A stretch of DNA of 64,000 nucleotides from Ginglymostoma cirratum. Its lineage: Eukaryota. The position numbers were made by a program, and so were the translations under genes. The stretch covers positions 515,579 to 579,578 of the forward strand of contig JAHRHZ010000115.1 in assembly GCA_024137785.1 (NCBI GenBank), read 5' to 3'. A model generated the notes under the pieces. It worked only from the letters and a program-made list of their open reading frames with translations, made no database searches and was not told the origin of the DNA. The first letter of the stretch is position 1. Each line of letters opens with the position of its first letter. Of the stretch, positions 13,640 to 27,429 are shown piece after piece.

Positions 13640-13829
13640 TCCTTGAATGTAAAGTGCCAGTTCAATAACTTGGCTAAAAAGGCAACATGAGGAATTGATA
13701 AGCTGTCAAAAGACTTGCAGTGAAGATCCAGTTGGGATTTCAATTGTTTCCACGAATATAAAATGAAAATGCTAGCATAATTAACAATAATCTTCGACTT
13801 ACTTAAGTTTTGGAACTCCTTGCATGGCT

Positions 13830-14045
13830 CAGTATTGTCATTCAGAGAAGGAGGCCTGTACTGCTTACCTGCCTGTCCTACTTTTCAAAAGTAAGGCGCT
13901 TGTTCCTTAACTGCTCCTAAACTGACTAAGAAGCCAATCAGTTGTATTAAAGCTTCTTTAGAATCACAAATCATTATTTGTCCAGCAAGACGACAGGGTT
14001 TCAAAAACGTAGATGATGACCACATTCTTGAAAAGCAAAACTAAC
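13830..14045 (+). mobile_element. Decayed short derivative of the same SINE/LINE family (body plus 3' tail)
   Basis: TTCAGAGAAGGA..CTTACC, AAGCCAATCAGTTGTAT, then a tail resembling 13550-13590. Confidence 0.45.
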
Positions 14046-14339
14046 TTCTTCACACTTCAACCAATAATTCAAAAAGTTCAATGCCTGGTTGTGTAAGGAA
14101 ATCTAACGCAAAGACAGAGTACAAATCATGGAAATCATGAAAATCATGGATAAGTTTGGACAGAGAATTGATTGCAGTCTTTAGATCGATGATTATGTGC
14201 AAAATCTCTCGTGATATTGTGTAAACAGCAAACGAATTCTCCCCAGTATTTCGCACCATTATTTATTTATGATGTATAGTGTCTGATTTAATACCTTTCT
14301 GTTTGTGGCAGCTTCATGAGCATATTTGCTGCGTTTCTA

Positions 14340-14695
14340 ACGTCGCATCACAGTGTAATATCACTGGAGGAGCATTCCCGAATCCAAGTTTGATGTTTAT
14401 TGGACAGGGGTTGAAATCCCAGTGTTTGCTGTTTGTGCAATTTCAATTCAAAGAAAACCTGGAATGACAAAGCAGGCTGAATGGCGACAATGTAACCAGA
14501 GTCAATGGAAAAACACAAAAACGGTGAATCACTAATAACCGTTAGAAAAGACATCTATCACCCTTTCCTGGTCTGGCCTACAGACCCACAGCAAAAATAA
14601 TTGACTCTCTTCTGAAATGGCCTTAGCAAGCTACTCAATGGGCGATTGGGAATAGGGGTGCATTGCCGACACACCATGAAAGAATAAAAGAAAAT
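14340..14695 (+). mobile_element. tRNA-derived SINE (same family as 58835), decayed
   Basis: CCTGGTCTGGCCTACAGACCCACAGCA..CTGAAATGGCCTTAGCAAGCTACTCA followed by tail and A-rich end. Confidence 0.65.
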
Positions 14696-16504
14696 ATAAG
14701 CGTGACTAAACCTCACAAAAACTACATTAATTAACTGAAATCGCCTTCGCAGTTCCTGATTTTACATCAAGTATTTTATCTGAATATCCTAAAACGAACT
14801 TTGAGCTAAGTTGAGCCTTTGGATATCTTTTCTGTCTAAACGTATTAAAGTATAAATCAATAGGAGATAAAGAATAAATTCAGTTGTACGGAAATGTTGC
14901 ATTGACTGAACTGCAGAATTTCCAGAAATGATTTTTTAACCTGAATTAAACTTTAACATTGTGTTTAACTTTTGGTAATAAGCAACATCTGTTGCATTCG
15001 TTGCTCAGGAAATTTGTATTCATTTCTGCCAACAGTCAACTTTCTTAAAATAAACTTGTTTTGATTCAAAACTTATCCATAAATAACTTCGTTCATCTGG
15101 GTTGGTCGCCATCAGCGCTTTTGAAACCACTGAAGCGTTTATGTAAATAAATACAGAAATAGAACTCTCAAAATAGATTACAAAACAACAAAAACGCAAT
15201 TTATATTTCCCAACGAACACAGAATACAAATGGTAGCAAATATGCCAATGACTCAACGGAATGTAATACTAATTGACGGAGGACTTTTTAAATTATAAGT
15301 AATATGATGTAGAATCACATTGATACCAATTTCAACATTTAGTAAAAGCATCTCTATTTGGAAGATACACTTGCACAAGCAATGTTTCTGCTTCTCTCTC
15401 TCTCTCTCATTCATCCCTTCCCGCTTTCTCGTTTTTCGTTGTATCTGACACCCTGTTTTTCTTCTCCACAATCGGACAATGTTTTTTCTCCATAGCTTGA
15501 AGTCAATTCTTAACTCACACATTCTGTCAGCCCAACTAATGCACCTTTATTTCCCACAGAGACTTGAGTCAGTCGGGCATTTTTTTTCCCGAAAATGTGT
15601 ATTTGAGTATTCGGTGATCTGGAAGTGCTTATCGGGAAACCACAGAGTGGTCTTTGCTCAGCATCTAATTGGTAGGGTATCGAAGGTGCAAGGCTTTACT
15701 ATGACGGTGTTGAAAAGGCTTTTCATTGTATCATACCAGTGTTGTTCATGGCTGAAAACTGTTTGATGGCTCAGTGTAATGCATAATTAGTGTATAATTA
15801 AACTTCACTGCACATCTCATGGAATGTTTAATATTAAAGTGAAGAGGGCGGTTTACTCTGCATCGAAATTGTATTGTACATGGCGTGAAAGTGCTTTATT
15901 TTGGGAATCTTTGATGGAGGAGCTAAACCATACCGTATTTGACATGATTTTATTGGATAGAACAATGTAGACAGACATTTATTCCGCAGTTATTGTGAGC
16001 TGTGCAAGCACATAATGTAACAGCGTAAAGGGGTCTTTCACTTCTGCCATTGTCTTCCTGATTTGGGCATGTTTGATAGCAGAAAGAAAGGGGGACAAAA
16101 CCCTGCGTCGAACTTTTGTGATACAGACTTGCGTGTGTGTGTGTGTGGAGGTAAATAGTATGTAATATGTGTAATATGTGTATATTTCACGCTCCACATG
16201 CCAACAGTGTTTTTGATACAGTAGTTTTCGACGTATTTTCGTCTGTCTTTAACATTCTCCGTAGCAGCCTTGGTAGTATTTGATAAATATTCAACAAAAT
16301 TGAAGGGACACTGGTTTAGTTACCAAATTATAGAAAGGATGTGATCACACCAAACAGGGACTGATATCTATTGATGATGTTATCAAGACTTTTTTTTTTG
16401 TCATGTCAAAGAGGAATTGAAGTGTCTGGACTGGTCTTGTAAAACATGAAGCTGATGTGAAATTCAAATCAGGCCTGTAATAATACTGCAATGTCCAACT
16501 TAGA

Positions 16505-17290
16505 GCAAATATTAATTGCAATTCCATAAGAATGGGAACCAGAAGTAGGCCATTCTGCCGATTGCTCTTCCATTCAGTGCTGTGGGTCTGGAGTCACATG
16601 TAGGCCAAACCGGGTAAGAATGGAAGTGTCCTTCCCTAAAGGACGTTCATAAACCAGATAGGCTTTTCCTGGCAATCAACAATGGATTCATGGTCATCAT
16701 TAGATTCTTTATTCCAGATATTTTACTGAATTCAAATTCCATTAGCTGCCGCTAGAGGATTCGAACCCTGGTCCCCAGAATGTTATCTCAGTATCCGGAT
16801 TAACAGTCTGGTGACAGTACCACTAGGTCGTCCTTCTAATTCCATTCCCAATTGAAAATCTGTCCAGTTAATCCTTGAAAATACTGAGGGACGCAACCTC
16901 AACAGTCTTCTGTGGTAAAAAAAATCCGCAGATTTACTGGGAGGAGAAATTTGTGGTTTAAATTTGTGGTGTCCGATTCAGACAATATCTGCTCTTCCCC
17001 TAAACTGTCCCACAAAGCGAACAATATTTTTGCATTTAACCCATCAAGTTCCCTATAAATAATTCATGTTTCAATGTGCCACCATTCAATCTTCTATATC
17101 CCAAAAGTACAGGCACAAACCACTCATCCTGTATTCACAGAACAGGCCTTCCAGCCTCGCGATCAGCCGACAGAACCTCGTAAGGATTGTTTCGTATTCC
17201 AGTGGATCTTTCCTTCAATACGAGGCCCAGAACAGTTCACAGTATTCAAGCTGTAGAGTGACGAATGCTTTTATACTTCTTACAATGATT
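16505..17290 (-). mobile_element. CR1 3' fragment interrupted by a SINE
   Basis: CR1-type 3' end (AGAAGTAGGCCATTC) and RT C-terminal remnant. Confidence 0.6.
16578..16836 (-). mobile_element. tRNA-derived SINE (same family as 58835), tail missing
   Basis: Reverse complement aligns to 58835-59105; B box GGTTCGAATCC is intact. Confidence 0.8.
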
Positions 17291-17297
17291 TTACATT

Positions 17298-17725
17298 CAT
17301 AGAGCCATAAATCATGGAAACAAACGTTTCAGTACAACTCATCTGACCGAATCCCATTCGCCAGCATTTCGCCCATATTCCTTTAAACTCTTCTTGTTCA
17401 TACATACATTCAGATAGCTTTTAAATGTGGTAATTGCACCCACATCCAACACTTTCTCTGGCAGCTCATTATATAAACGCACCGCCCTCTGTGTGAATGT
17501 TACCCCTCAGATCCTTTTTAAATTTTACCCTTCTCGTCTTAATCCTGCATCTTCTCGTTTCGGACTTCCCCACCCTTGGAAAAAGACCTTGTTTATTCAA
17601 CCTATCAACGCTCCTCATTAATTTATAAATCCGATAAGGACAACCCTCAACCTCTGACGCCGCAGGGAAAAAAATGCCTCAGCCTTTTCAGCCCTCCCTA
17701 TAGCTCAATCCCTCCTGTCCTGTGA
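17298..17725 (-). mobile_element. CR1/HER1-type LINE 3' end
   Basis: Reverse complement matches 19090-19515. Confidence 0.75.
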
Positions 17726-17729
17726 CATG

Positions 17730-19515
17730 AGACGGTGTTGGAAAATATGGTTAAGGAGAATACAAAGAGTTTTTAAGAATAGGTTAAGGACAAAAGGGTA
17801 ACCAGAGGGAGAATAGGGCCTCTTAAAGATCTTCTAGTCTCCCGAACTGTGGAACCGCACGAGATGTGGAAATTGGAGAATTTAGGGAAACAAATAGCGG
17901 TATCTTGATAAGTGTCCATATTATAGAGGAGGAGGAGGTGCTGGACGTCTTAAAATGCATGAAGGTGGATAAATCCCTGGGAAGCAAGTACTTCAACGGG
18001 AAGCTAGGGAAGTGATTTCTGGATGCCTTGATGAGATAGCTGTATGATCCATAGTTACAGATGTGCCAGAACCCTGGAGATTTGGAGATTTGCTAACACT
18101 GTGCCATTATTTAAAGAAGGTTGTCAGCACTTTCGACTGGGTGTGCCTCACATAAGAGCTGGGAAATTCGTTGGAGAGGATTTACATGTATTTAGAAAGA
18201 AAAACACTGATAAGGGACAGTCAATTTGGCTTTGTGCACGGAAAATTGAACCTCCCTAACTTGACTGAGTTTTTTTTTGAAGAAGTTACAAAAAGAATTG
18301 ATGAAAGCAGAACAGTAGACGTTGTCTGCATGGACTTCGGTAAGGCTTTTGACAAGTTCCGCATAGTAGACTGGTTAACACGATTAGATCTCACGGAATC
18401 CAGAGAGAACAAGCCATGTGGATACAGAATTGTTTCGAAGATGGGAGACAGAGGGTGGTGGCAGAGGGTTACTTTTCGGATAGTAGGCCTGTGACAAGTG
18501 GTATGCCACGAAGATGAGTGCTGGGTCCACTGTTTTTGTCATGCATATAATGGTTCGGATGTCAATATAGGAGGTACGGTCAAAACGTTTGTAGATGACT
18601 CCAAAATTTGTGATTTAGTGGACAGCACAAAACGTTACTTCAGAGTACAAAGGGACCTTAACCAGATGGGCTGATGGGCTGATGGGCTGAGGAGTGGCAA
18701 TTGGAGTTTAATTTAAATACATGTGCAATGCGGCATTTTGGTACGGCAAATGAGGGCCGGAGTTATACCCTTCATGATAAGGCCCTAGGGAGTATTGACG
18801 AACAAAGAGACCTTACAGTGCACTTTCACAGTTCCTTGAAAGTGGAGTCGGAGGTAAATAGCATAGTAAAGAAGGTGATTGCTACACTTGCCTTTATTGG
18901 CTCAGCGCAGTGAATATAAGAGTTGGGAGATCATTTTGCCGCTGTACAGGGTATTGGTCTGACCACTTTTGGAATATTGTGTGAAATTTTGTTCACTCTG
19001 TTAAAGGAAAATGTTGTGAAATTGCAAAGAGCTCAGAAAAAAATATGCAAAGATTTTTGCCTTGGTTGGGAGATTGAGCTATAGGGAGAAGCTGAATGGA
19101 CTGAGACTATTTTCTCCAGAAAGTGGGAGGCTGAAGAGTAATGTTATAGAAATTTATAAAATCATAAGACATGGAGAGGGTGACTAACTTATGTCTCTTC
19201 CCCAGGATAGGGGAGTCCAAAACTAGAGGAAGTAGGTTTCAGCTCAGAGTGGAAAGATTTAAAAGGGACTTAAGGTGTAACTTTTTCACACAGAGGGTGG
19301 TGGATGTGTTCAGTGAGCTGCCAGATGAAATACTGGAGGCTGGTACAATTGCAACATTTGAAATGCATCGGATGGATATATGAATAGGAAGAGTTTGGGG
19401 GGATTATGGGCCAAATGCTGGAAAATCGGACGAGATTAATTTAGGATATCCGGTCGGCATGCACGAGTTTGACTGAAGGATCTGTTTCCATGCTGTAAAC
19501 CTCTATGAGTCTGTG
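17730..19515 (+). mobile_element. CR1/HER1-type LINE, RT and 3' UTR, 5'-truncated
   Basis: ORF pieces SQFGFVHGK, VDVVCMDFGKAFDK, FVDDSK, FFTQRVV; ends in CTATGAGTCTGTGACTCT. Confidence 0.9.
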
Positions 19516-19519
19516 ACTC

Positions 19520-22280
19520 TCTCCAGCCTTTCCCTATAATTCAAACCTTACCTTCCCACATCATTCCGTTAAATATTTTCTCCACCCTCAACCGCATGAT
19601 AATATCCTTCCTATAACAGGGGGACCAGAACTGGACGCAGGACTGCAGAAGAGGACTTACCAATGTCCTGTAGAACCTCAACAGGACTTCCCATCTCCCT
19701 ATACTCAAATGTCTGAGCAATGAAGGCAAGCGTGCTAAATGGCTTTTTGGCCATCATGTCAACATGTGATGCAAACTTCAAATAATTATGTATCTGAAAC
19801 TATACGTGTCTCTGTACTACAACGTGACCCAAGGCCCTACTTTTAATTGTAAAAAGGCCTGCCTTTGTTTGTTTTAGCAAAATGCAATACCTCGCATTTA
19901 TCCAAACTACACTCCTTCTGCCAGCCCATTGACCCAATCAAGCAAGATCTATTTATAATCTTAGATAACTTTCTTCAATGTCCACTATACACCAATTTTG
20001 GTATCATTCACAAATGTATTAATCATGCCTTCTACATTCTTATTTAATTCATTTATGTAAATACAAACAAAGTGAACCCCGCACCGATCCCTATAGAACA
20101 CTGCTCAGGCCTCCAGTCTGAAAAACAATCCTCCACCACCACTCTTTGTCTCTCACCTTTAAGTCAATTTTCTACCCAATTCGCAAGCTCACTCTTGAAT
20201 CCCAAATGATTTAACTTTACCAATTAGCCTATGATGCAGAAATTTGTCAAAGGCTTCACTAAAGTCCAAGTGAACAATGTCTGCTGCTCTGTCCTCATCA
20301 ATCTTTTTGTTCACTTCCTCAAAAAATACTCAATCAAGGTTTTTGGACAAGGTTTCCCACACAAAAAGTCATTCTGACTATCCCAAAGTGTCCTTGCCTT
20401 TTTGAATGCATGTAAATCCTTCTCCCTCAGAATCATCTCCAACAATTTACCAGTCTATGGTTCCTGGTTTTTCCTTACAGTCTTTCTAAAATAGTGACAC
20501 CACATTGGCCAATCAACAGTTGTCTGGCAGCTATCAATGATACAAATATCTCAGGAAAGGCCTTCCAATCTTTTTCCCTAGCTTCCCAAAAAATTCTGGG
20601 AAACACCTGATCAGGTTCTGGGTTTCATCTCCCTTTTTATGCTTTCAGCCCTCCTCTGTTATAATATGAACTGCTTTCAAGATGTCACTACATTTTTTCC
20701 CCAAATTCCCTAGGTTCCATGTCCCTCTCCACTGTAAATACTGACGCAAAATATTTGTTTGTTATCTCACCCATATCCTATGTCTCCAGCCAAGGACTGC
20801 CGCATTGGTCTTTACGGGGCCCTATTCTCTCCCTGGTTACTTTTTTTGTCATTATTCTAATTGTAGAATTTCTTTGGATCCTCCTTAACTCTATTTGCCA
20901 AAACTATCCATGTCTGGTTTTTTTGCCCCAGCTGTGTTCCCTCTTAACTATACTCCTACCACCTGTATACTCTTCCATGGATGCAGTCAATCCTAGTTGT
21001 TTATATCCTATATAGGCCTCCGTCTTTTTCTTGAATAGAGCCTCAATTTCTCTAGTCTGCCAGCATTCCCTACACATACCAGCCTTGCCCTTCACACAAA
21101 CAGGAACATACCGTATTTGAAATTTCGTTATCTTATTCTTAATGGCCTCCTAATTCCCAACCGTTGCTTTACTTGCAAACAGCAGTCAATTTTTCAAAGT
21201 TCTGTCCAATACTGTGAAAATTAGCCTCACTCCAAATTAGAAATTTCACTTTTTGATCGGTTCTATACATTCCCTTAATCATTTTTAAAGTGGTAGAGTA
21301 GTGATAATTTGCACTAAAGTACTCCCCCATGGACACCTCAGTTACTTGTCTTACCTTATTTCCCAAGAGAAGGCTAAGTTTTGCCCCTTTTCTGTTTTGT
21401 ATATCCATATTCTGAACGAGAAAAGTTTCTTGTACACACTTATCAAATTCCTCCCCATCCAAGCCCTTAACACTATGACATTCCCATTCAATGTTTGTAA
21501 AGTTAAATTCCTCTACCATTACCCTTTTTTTCCCTTACTGGTAACTGAGATCTCTTTACATATTTGCTTCTGATTTTCCCAGTGATGGTTGGGAGACGTA
21601 TAGTTCAATCCCAGCATGGTGATCATCCTTTTCTTATTTTAAAGTTCCACCTACACAACTTCACTGGAAGATATTCCAGGAATATCTTCCCTACGTTTTG
21701 CTGTAATGCTATCCATAAACGCCACTCCACCTCTTGTGTTGCCTGCATTTCTATCTTTCCGATAGCGTGCGTACCCTGGAACAGTAAGCTGCCTGTCCTG
21801 TCCATCCCTGAGCCACGTTTCTGCTACAGGTATGATATCCCGGTCACATGTTCCCAACCATGCCATAGGTTTATCTGCCTTACTTATCAGGCTTCTTGCA
21901 TTATAGTAAATGCAGTTTACTTTGTCAGTCTTAGCTTATTCCCTGCCAAAACATTGACTGCCTTGAATTAGAATTAGAATTGCTCACCTTACCTACTTTA
22001 CCAGCCTCAGCCTTTTCTCTTTTCTCACTATTGCTTTGGTTTCCATCAGCATCTCACCACATCCCATGCCCCCGCCTTACTCATTTAAAGCTCTGGAATT
22101 AACACTCGTGAATTCCTGAACAAGAATATTGGTCCACGTTCAATTCAGGTGGTAGCCATCCCTCGTATACAGGTCATTTCTACCAGTGAAGTGATCCCAG
22201 TGCTCCCAAAATGTGAATACTGTCCCCTGTTTTCAGCTCCTCAGCCACGCATTCTCCTGCTCTGCACTCCTATTCCTAGT
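19520..22280 (-). mobile_element. CR1/HER1-type LINE, APE and RT, decayed
   Basis: DIIPVAETWLRDGQDRQLTVPGY (APE), EFNFTNIEW, YRTLVSPLLQSCVQFWSP. Confidence 0.9.
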
Positions 22281-22429
22281 CTCAATATTCCATTAGATTT
22301 GAAACACGGTCCAACATTAAGTTTACCTTCCTAATTAACAGCCAAAATTAAAAGCTAGCATCTTGTGATTCAAGGACGCGGATTCACAAATCTGTTTTGT
22401 AGATTTTTGATTGTAATTTTTTTTAACAA

Positions 22430-24130
22430 TATTTAGCTGCTCTATTTTTCCTACAAAATTGCATAACTTCGCTTCTTCCAATTATTCTCATTTATTTCAT
22501 CCACATTGCTCTACTATGCACGTTTTGGCTCAATCTCTTGGCCTTCCTATAAGCCTCTAGTAAAGTTTTTGTCTCAAACTCATTAATTGCCTTCTCTCCT
22601 AGTTTTATATTATTAGCAAACTTGCCTACAGTACATTCACGTTTCTCATTTATGTTGTTAATGCACATTGTCAATATTTGTGGTCCCAGCACTGATGCAC
22701 GTGATAATCATTTAGTTACAGCTTGATATCCGATAAAATGAAACTCTTAATCTAAAAGTATTTCTGCTTTGATTCAGACACTCCTTTCTCCACGCAAATA
22801 TGCTACCTCCAAAGCCATGGGTTCCTATTGAGTAATCCTATGTGTGGCACCTGATGAAACGTTTCCTGAAAATCTAAATATATTGCACACACACTCTTCT
22901 TTTTTTCTGCTTTTTAGTTTCGCAAAGAATGCTACTAAATTTATCAGACAAGATTTTTCTTTCATAAACAATTTTCAGTCCTCTTGACCCTGTCATGTAC
23001 TTCTAAATGCTCTGCTGTTTTATTCTTTGTGGTAGACTTCACTATTTTTCTAACAACTGTTCTTAAACGAAATGGCCTCAGTCATCCCCTTTTTGTGTCT
23101 TTCCTTTTTTTGAATAAAAATGCTACCTTGTCAGTTTCCCAATATTCTGGAATTCTTCCAAACTCTAATGATTATTGGAAAGTTACTGCCAGTGTACTGA
23201 ATACTTCTGTCGTGTTTTATTTTCTATCTGTGATTGCATCTCATTAGTTCCAATTTACTTAGTGGTATTTAGTCCAATTATTTGTACTGGCTATTTTTTT
23301 CATTGATAGTTATTATATTGTATTCCTCGCCTTTGTTGTCTTCATTATTCAGTAACTTTAGAATGTTATTTGTCTTCTACTGTAAAGGCAGATGCAGTGT
23401 ATTTATTCAACTCGTCTGTCATTTTATGTTTGTTCCCAGTCATTAATTCCCCAGCTTCACTCAATATGGGTCTTTGTTCACTATGGCCCTACCTTCCTTT
23501 CTATACATTAAAAAAAAAGCTTTTGCTGTCCTTTTTGATGTTACCCATAATTTGACTTCAATGTTTAATTTCTCCCTCCTCGTTAATTTGTGTTTGCTTC
23601 TTGGTAGTTCTTTAAACTTTCGGGATACTCTGCTTACCAATAATATTTGCAACATTTCATGTGTTTCTTTTATTTCAAGTTGTTGCTATCTTTAACTTCT
23701 CTGCTTAACCATAATTGGCGTATCCCATTCCTATAATTCTTCTTTCTCTCTTGGATATATCTTTGCTGTGAACCATGAACTATTTTTCTTAAATATTTTC
23801 CATTGTTCCCCATATGTCTTTGCTATCAAACTCCTTTCCCAGTCTATTCCAGGAAGCCCTGCTCTCAACCTTTTGCAATTACCTTTATATGAGCTTAGCA
23901 TAGCTGTTTCTGACGCAATTTCCTCCGTCTCAAACTGAATGCTAAAGTTTGATTTTTGATAATGAATATTTCCAAGGGAATCTTTGAGTCTGTCATCATT
24001 TATTAAGCCTGCCTCATTGCATCTTACCATATCCAATGTACCAATATGTCTGGTTGGAGCTACAACATATTGTACTATCCCAAATACACTCTGCAAATTC
24101 TTCGAGACTGCTTTTGCCAATCTGATGTTA
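22430..24130 (-). mobile_element. Older CR1 LINE ORF2
   Basis: LGPQILTMCINNI..KFANNIKLG (RT) and QYVVAPTR..LDMV (APE). Confidence 0.8.
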
Positions 24131-25009
24131 CCCTGTTGGTTCATGGCAAACCAATGGAAGTCTCACCATTTCTCTCAGCCATTAGGGACTCTCTCTCATG
24201 CATAGTCGATGTGCAGGGTCTTTATATCATTCTTAAGCATTATTCACGTGGATCCTTTGCGGAATCCTGAGTTGCATGGCTGTCGGAATCTCAACATACG
24301 GAAAGTCAATTCACAAGTCACATGTTTCTACACTGTAGATGCACACAAGTCACATTTGTTTGGTCATTTATAAACTCTCCCTTTGAGAGGAAAGCCGAAT
24401 TCGAGAATTTGTCATGTCACTTCCAAATCTCAGCACTCCAAATGGGATACCCTGGTGCCCATATCAACTAAACACCAAAAACTCCTACATGCCTCTATGC
24501 AACAGTACTCTTCGCAAGTGCTTCTGCGCCCTTGAGGCTTTCTCAGTTTGTCCGGCCTGAAATGAAGACACTGACTGTTGTCGTGACCTTGAAGTCAACA
24601 CCAAAACAGCTCTGCTGTTGCAATTTTGCAGTAAGAAGAAATAATTTAGCAGTCATTCCAGCCAAGCACATTATTAAATGTATTTGTGGATAATACATCT
24701 CATGTTCTAAATGAAATAAAATTAATGTCATTGTTATGTTAATCATTAAAGAATTGGAAAACATTAGTAGATTATAAAACAACAACTAATTTGGACAGGT
24801 GAAAGGGTTTGTTTTGTTATAGAAATGCCATTTATTTGCAAGCTGGCAATTGCTGGAGAACAGAGGTGGTTGTGATAACTGAATCCCGCAAATGGAAACT
24901 ACCAGTGACATGAAACAAATGTGACCCATATTAATACCGAACAAAGCTAAATATATTGTTACATTGTAATTAGGCCTATGGGGTAATTATGTACGTCACA
25001 GAATCGTTC

Positions 25010-25500
25010 ATTGATAGAGCTCAACAACACAGAAAATGTATTTTCAGCCCATTGTATTTATGCTGGTCAAAAACAACCACTGAACTATTCTAATCCCATT
25101 TTCTAGCACTTGGAATATAGCCTTGCATACCTTGATGTCACAAGTTACATCAAAATGCCTCTGAAATGTTATTAGTATTTCTGCATCTAACACTGTTTTA
25201 GGCAATGAATAGCAAATTTCCACCAGCCGCTGCGTGAAATGAAAAATAAAACATGACTCCCTTCTGAACCTTCCGTCCTTTACCTTAAATCTGTGCCATC
25301 TGGTCAATAATAGTCCTTCTACTTCAGGGAAAGTTTCTTCCTGTCTGCTATGTCTATGCCACTCATAACTTTGGACATCTCAGTAATGGCCCCGCTCATT
25401 CTCCTCTGCTCCACAGAAACAACTGAAGGTTATCCAATCTCTCTTCATATCTAAAACTCTTCAGATAAGGCAAGATCATGGTCAACCTCCTTTGAAAAAT
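25010..25500 (-). mobile_element. CR1 3' fragment
   Basis: TRWHRFKV..FTQRLVEICYSLP. Confidence 0.75.
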
Positions 25501-25875
25501 GGAACCATTAGAGGTTTCATCCAACTTGTCTGATTCCAGACCCCATGCTAAAAATGACCAAAAACTTCCCATTGAATTTCTTTAGCGCTTTGACTCGAAG
25601 AGACCATAGCTCAAAGTATGAAAGTACATTTCACTGGAGTGGGTGAAAAACAGCGCAGTGGCTGTGAATAAAATGATGTAAAGTTCCAGCAGAGGAAGAG
25701 GCGACACTGAAGCAGCCACCTGATGACAAAAATGTTTCCTTTGCCAGTGAAATTGACCGCTTCACAAAGTGGGGTCCATTGAAGTGAAGCAGTGATGTGA
25801 TTATATTTGCTACTTGTGCACGTGGTGAATGTCCCCTTTCCCACTCACGTTACAAATCTACACACAAGGTACGTG

Positions 25876-25948
25876 GGGCCAGTGACACAACAGATAAAAC
25901 ATCTGACTGCGAATAAGAAGATTGTAGAATCAAATCCTACATGGCTCA
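25876..25948 (+). tRNA. tRNA-Arg (ACG family) pseudogene
   Basis: GGGCCAGTGACACAACAGATAAAACATCTGACTGCGAATAAGAAGATTGTAGAATCAAATCCTACATGGCTCA is colinear over 73 nt with vertebrate tRNA-Arg-ACG; A/B boxes and anticodon are mutated. Confidence 0.8.
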
Positions 25949-26038
25949 AGTGCTCTTTGTGATGTTTCAGTACTTCTAAACTAAGTTTTCTGATTGCCCT
26001 GAAGCAGGAAGGAGGTTTGAGTTCCTGATGTGCCGGAA

Positions 26039-26392
26039 CGAGAACCTTTTCAATGTCTCAGATCAGTTATGTCCCCCAGAACATCAGAGCCAATGCCCCA
26101 CTGGCTTCGGGGAAGGGAAACTTGAAATAATTCCCCAAAACTGAGATAAGCAACTTTATATTTCCCAAACCGACTGAGCGAACCACCGTGCCTTCTGGGA
26201 ATGGAACGGAAACTGAGCAGAAAACCCAGCTTAGAACTTTGTGAACCTTTTAAAACTGAGTGGGAGACGGATTCAGTGGAGAATGAAGGAGCAATAGCAG
26301 CAAGGGCACTTCCCCCTTCTTTAAAGGGCTAGGAAAATGACTCTGATGTTCTGGAAAGCATTGACTGTCCTGAGACAATGAAAGAATTCTCG
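26039..26392. repeat. Imperfect inverted repeat (arms about 55 bp)
   Basis: CCAGAACATCAGAGCCA (26076-26092) vs TGACTCTGATGTTCTGG (26338-26354) match at 16/17, extending outward through TGTCTCAG/CTGAGACA and CGAGAA/TTCTCG. Confidence 0.75.
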
Positions 26393-26444
26393 GTAGAGCT
26401 GTTCTGCTTTTGCTGTTGTCACTGTCAGGAACAATAAAACCTGA

Positions 26445-26515
26445 TTCCCTGACTAGAAATCAAAATGGGCTACTACAGTGAAAGCACTGAATAGTACCCA
26501 CTAGACCATCAGGAA
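26445..26515 (-). tRNA. tRNA-Glu (TTC) pseudogene
   Basis: TTCCTGATGGTCTAGTGG..GCTTTCAC..TCAGGGAA matches vertebrate tRNA-Glu; T arm degenerate. Confidence 0.8.
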
Positions 26516-26844
26516 CGATGCCATGTACACTTGCATCTTCTCTTAATGACACTGATTTTGGCTTCTTTGTCCCAGGAGAGATAAGTTTCTCTTCCAAAAT
26601 GGTCGCTTCATCGAGCATGTAAGGAGGCCATTCAGCCCATCATATCATCATCACTCACATCACCTAATTCTTGAGGATAAGTTCCTGGATGGAGAAGCAG
26701 GAATGTAGAATTGCAAACTCAAACAGATCAGCCCTCTGGCCTGTGGAGAAAATGACATTGTGCTGTTCAGTTGGAAATAACTTCAGACAACAATTAAAAC
26801 GCACCTTTGGATGTCAGCTACAGTAGGTGTATGAAAGTTTTGTA

Positions 26845-26917
26845 AGGCCCCAGAGAGAATTGTAAGTGTGATCACTGGTTTGCAATACTAGTGCTGTAAC
26901 CACTGAATACAGCTGAT
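26845..26917 (-). tRNA. tRNA-Thr (TGT family) pseudogene
   Basis: TCAGTGGTTACAGCACTAGTATTGCAAACCAG..CTGGGGCCT is colinear with vertebrate tRNA-Thr-TGT; 5' stem and B box decayed. Confidence 0.7.
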
Positions 26918-27429
26918 AATGACAGACGTGTTTTAATACAGACAAAAATTGATCACCTCGAGCATGATATAATTAGACTATGGGAGATGTATAAACAAGC
27001 CAAGACAAACCTAGAACTCTATTCACTGAGAAACGTTCTCACAGATTAGAAGCTGCAATGTAATAGATGACTGGACACTCTGCGTGTCATAAACCAAAGC
27101 AATGTAACAAAATGGAGGCAGGGTCAAGCCGTTTACATGTGGAAGGGTGGGAGAGTGATGAATAGAGTGGATATCAGGAAAATGAGGGGCAATCGTGGTT
27201 TTTGGGAGGTGACTGTAGGTCTAGTGGAACAAGGCTCAATGTGGTGCTGAAGACCGGTTTTCACTGATTACCTTGGTACACAGATCATTCCAGATCCATC
27301 ACCCACAATGACTCCCTCAGTGTGATGCCCTCTGCGTACCTTGGTGTAGTTCAGTGCCGCTAGGGGATCCATACATTTTTAAATTGGTGAACTTTACGCA
27401 GATCAGTTTTGCAGCCTCACATTAAGACT

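Noticed and set aside
1000-16400. D, J, constant or transmembrane exons of an Ig cluster
   Set aside because: No WGxG J motif, paired RSSs or C-domain motifs found by eye; the V reads toward position 1, so its partners would lie outside the window
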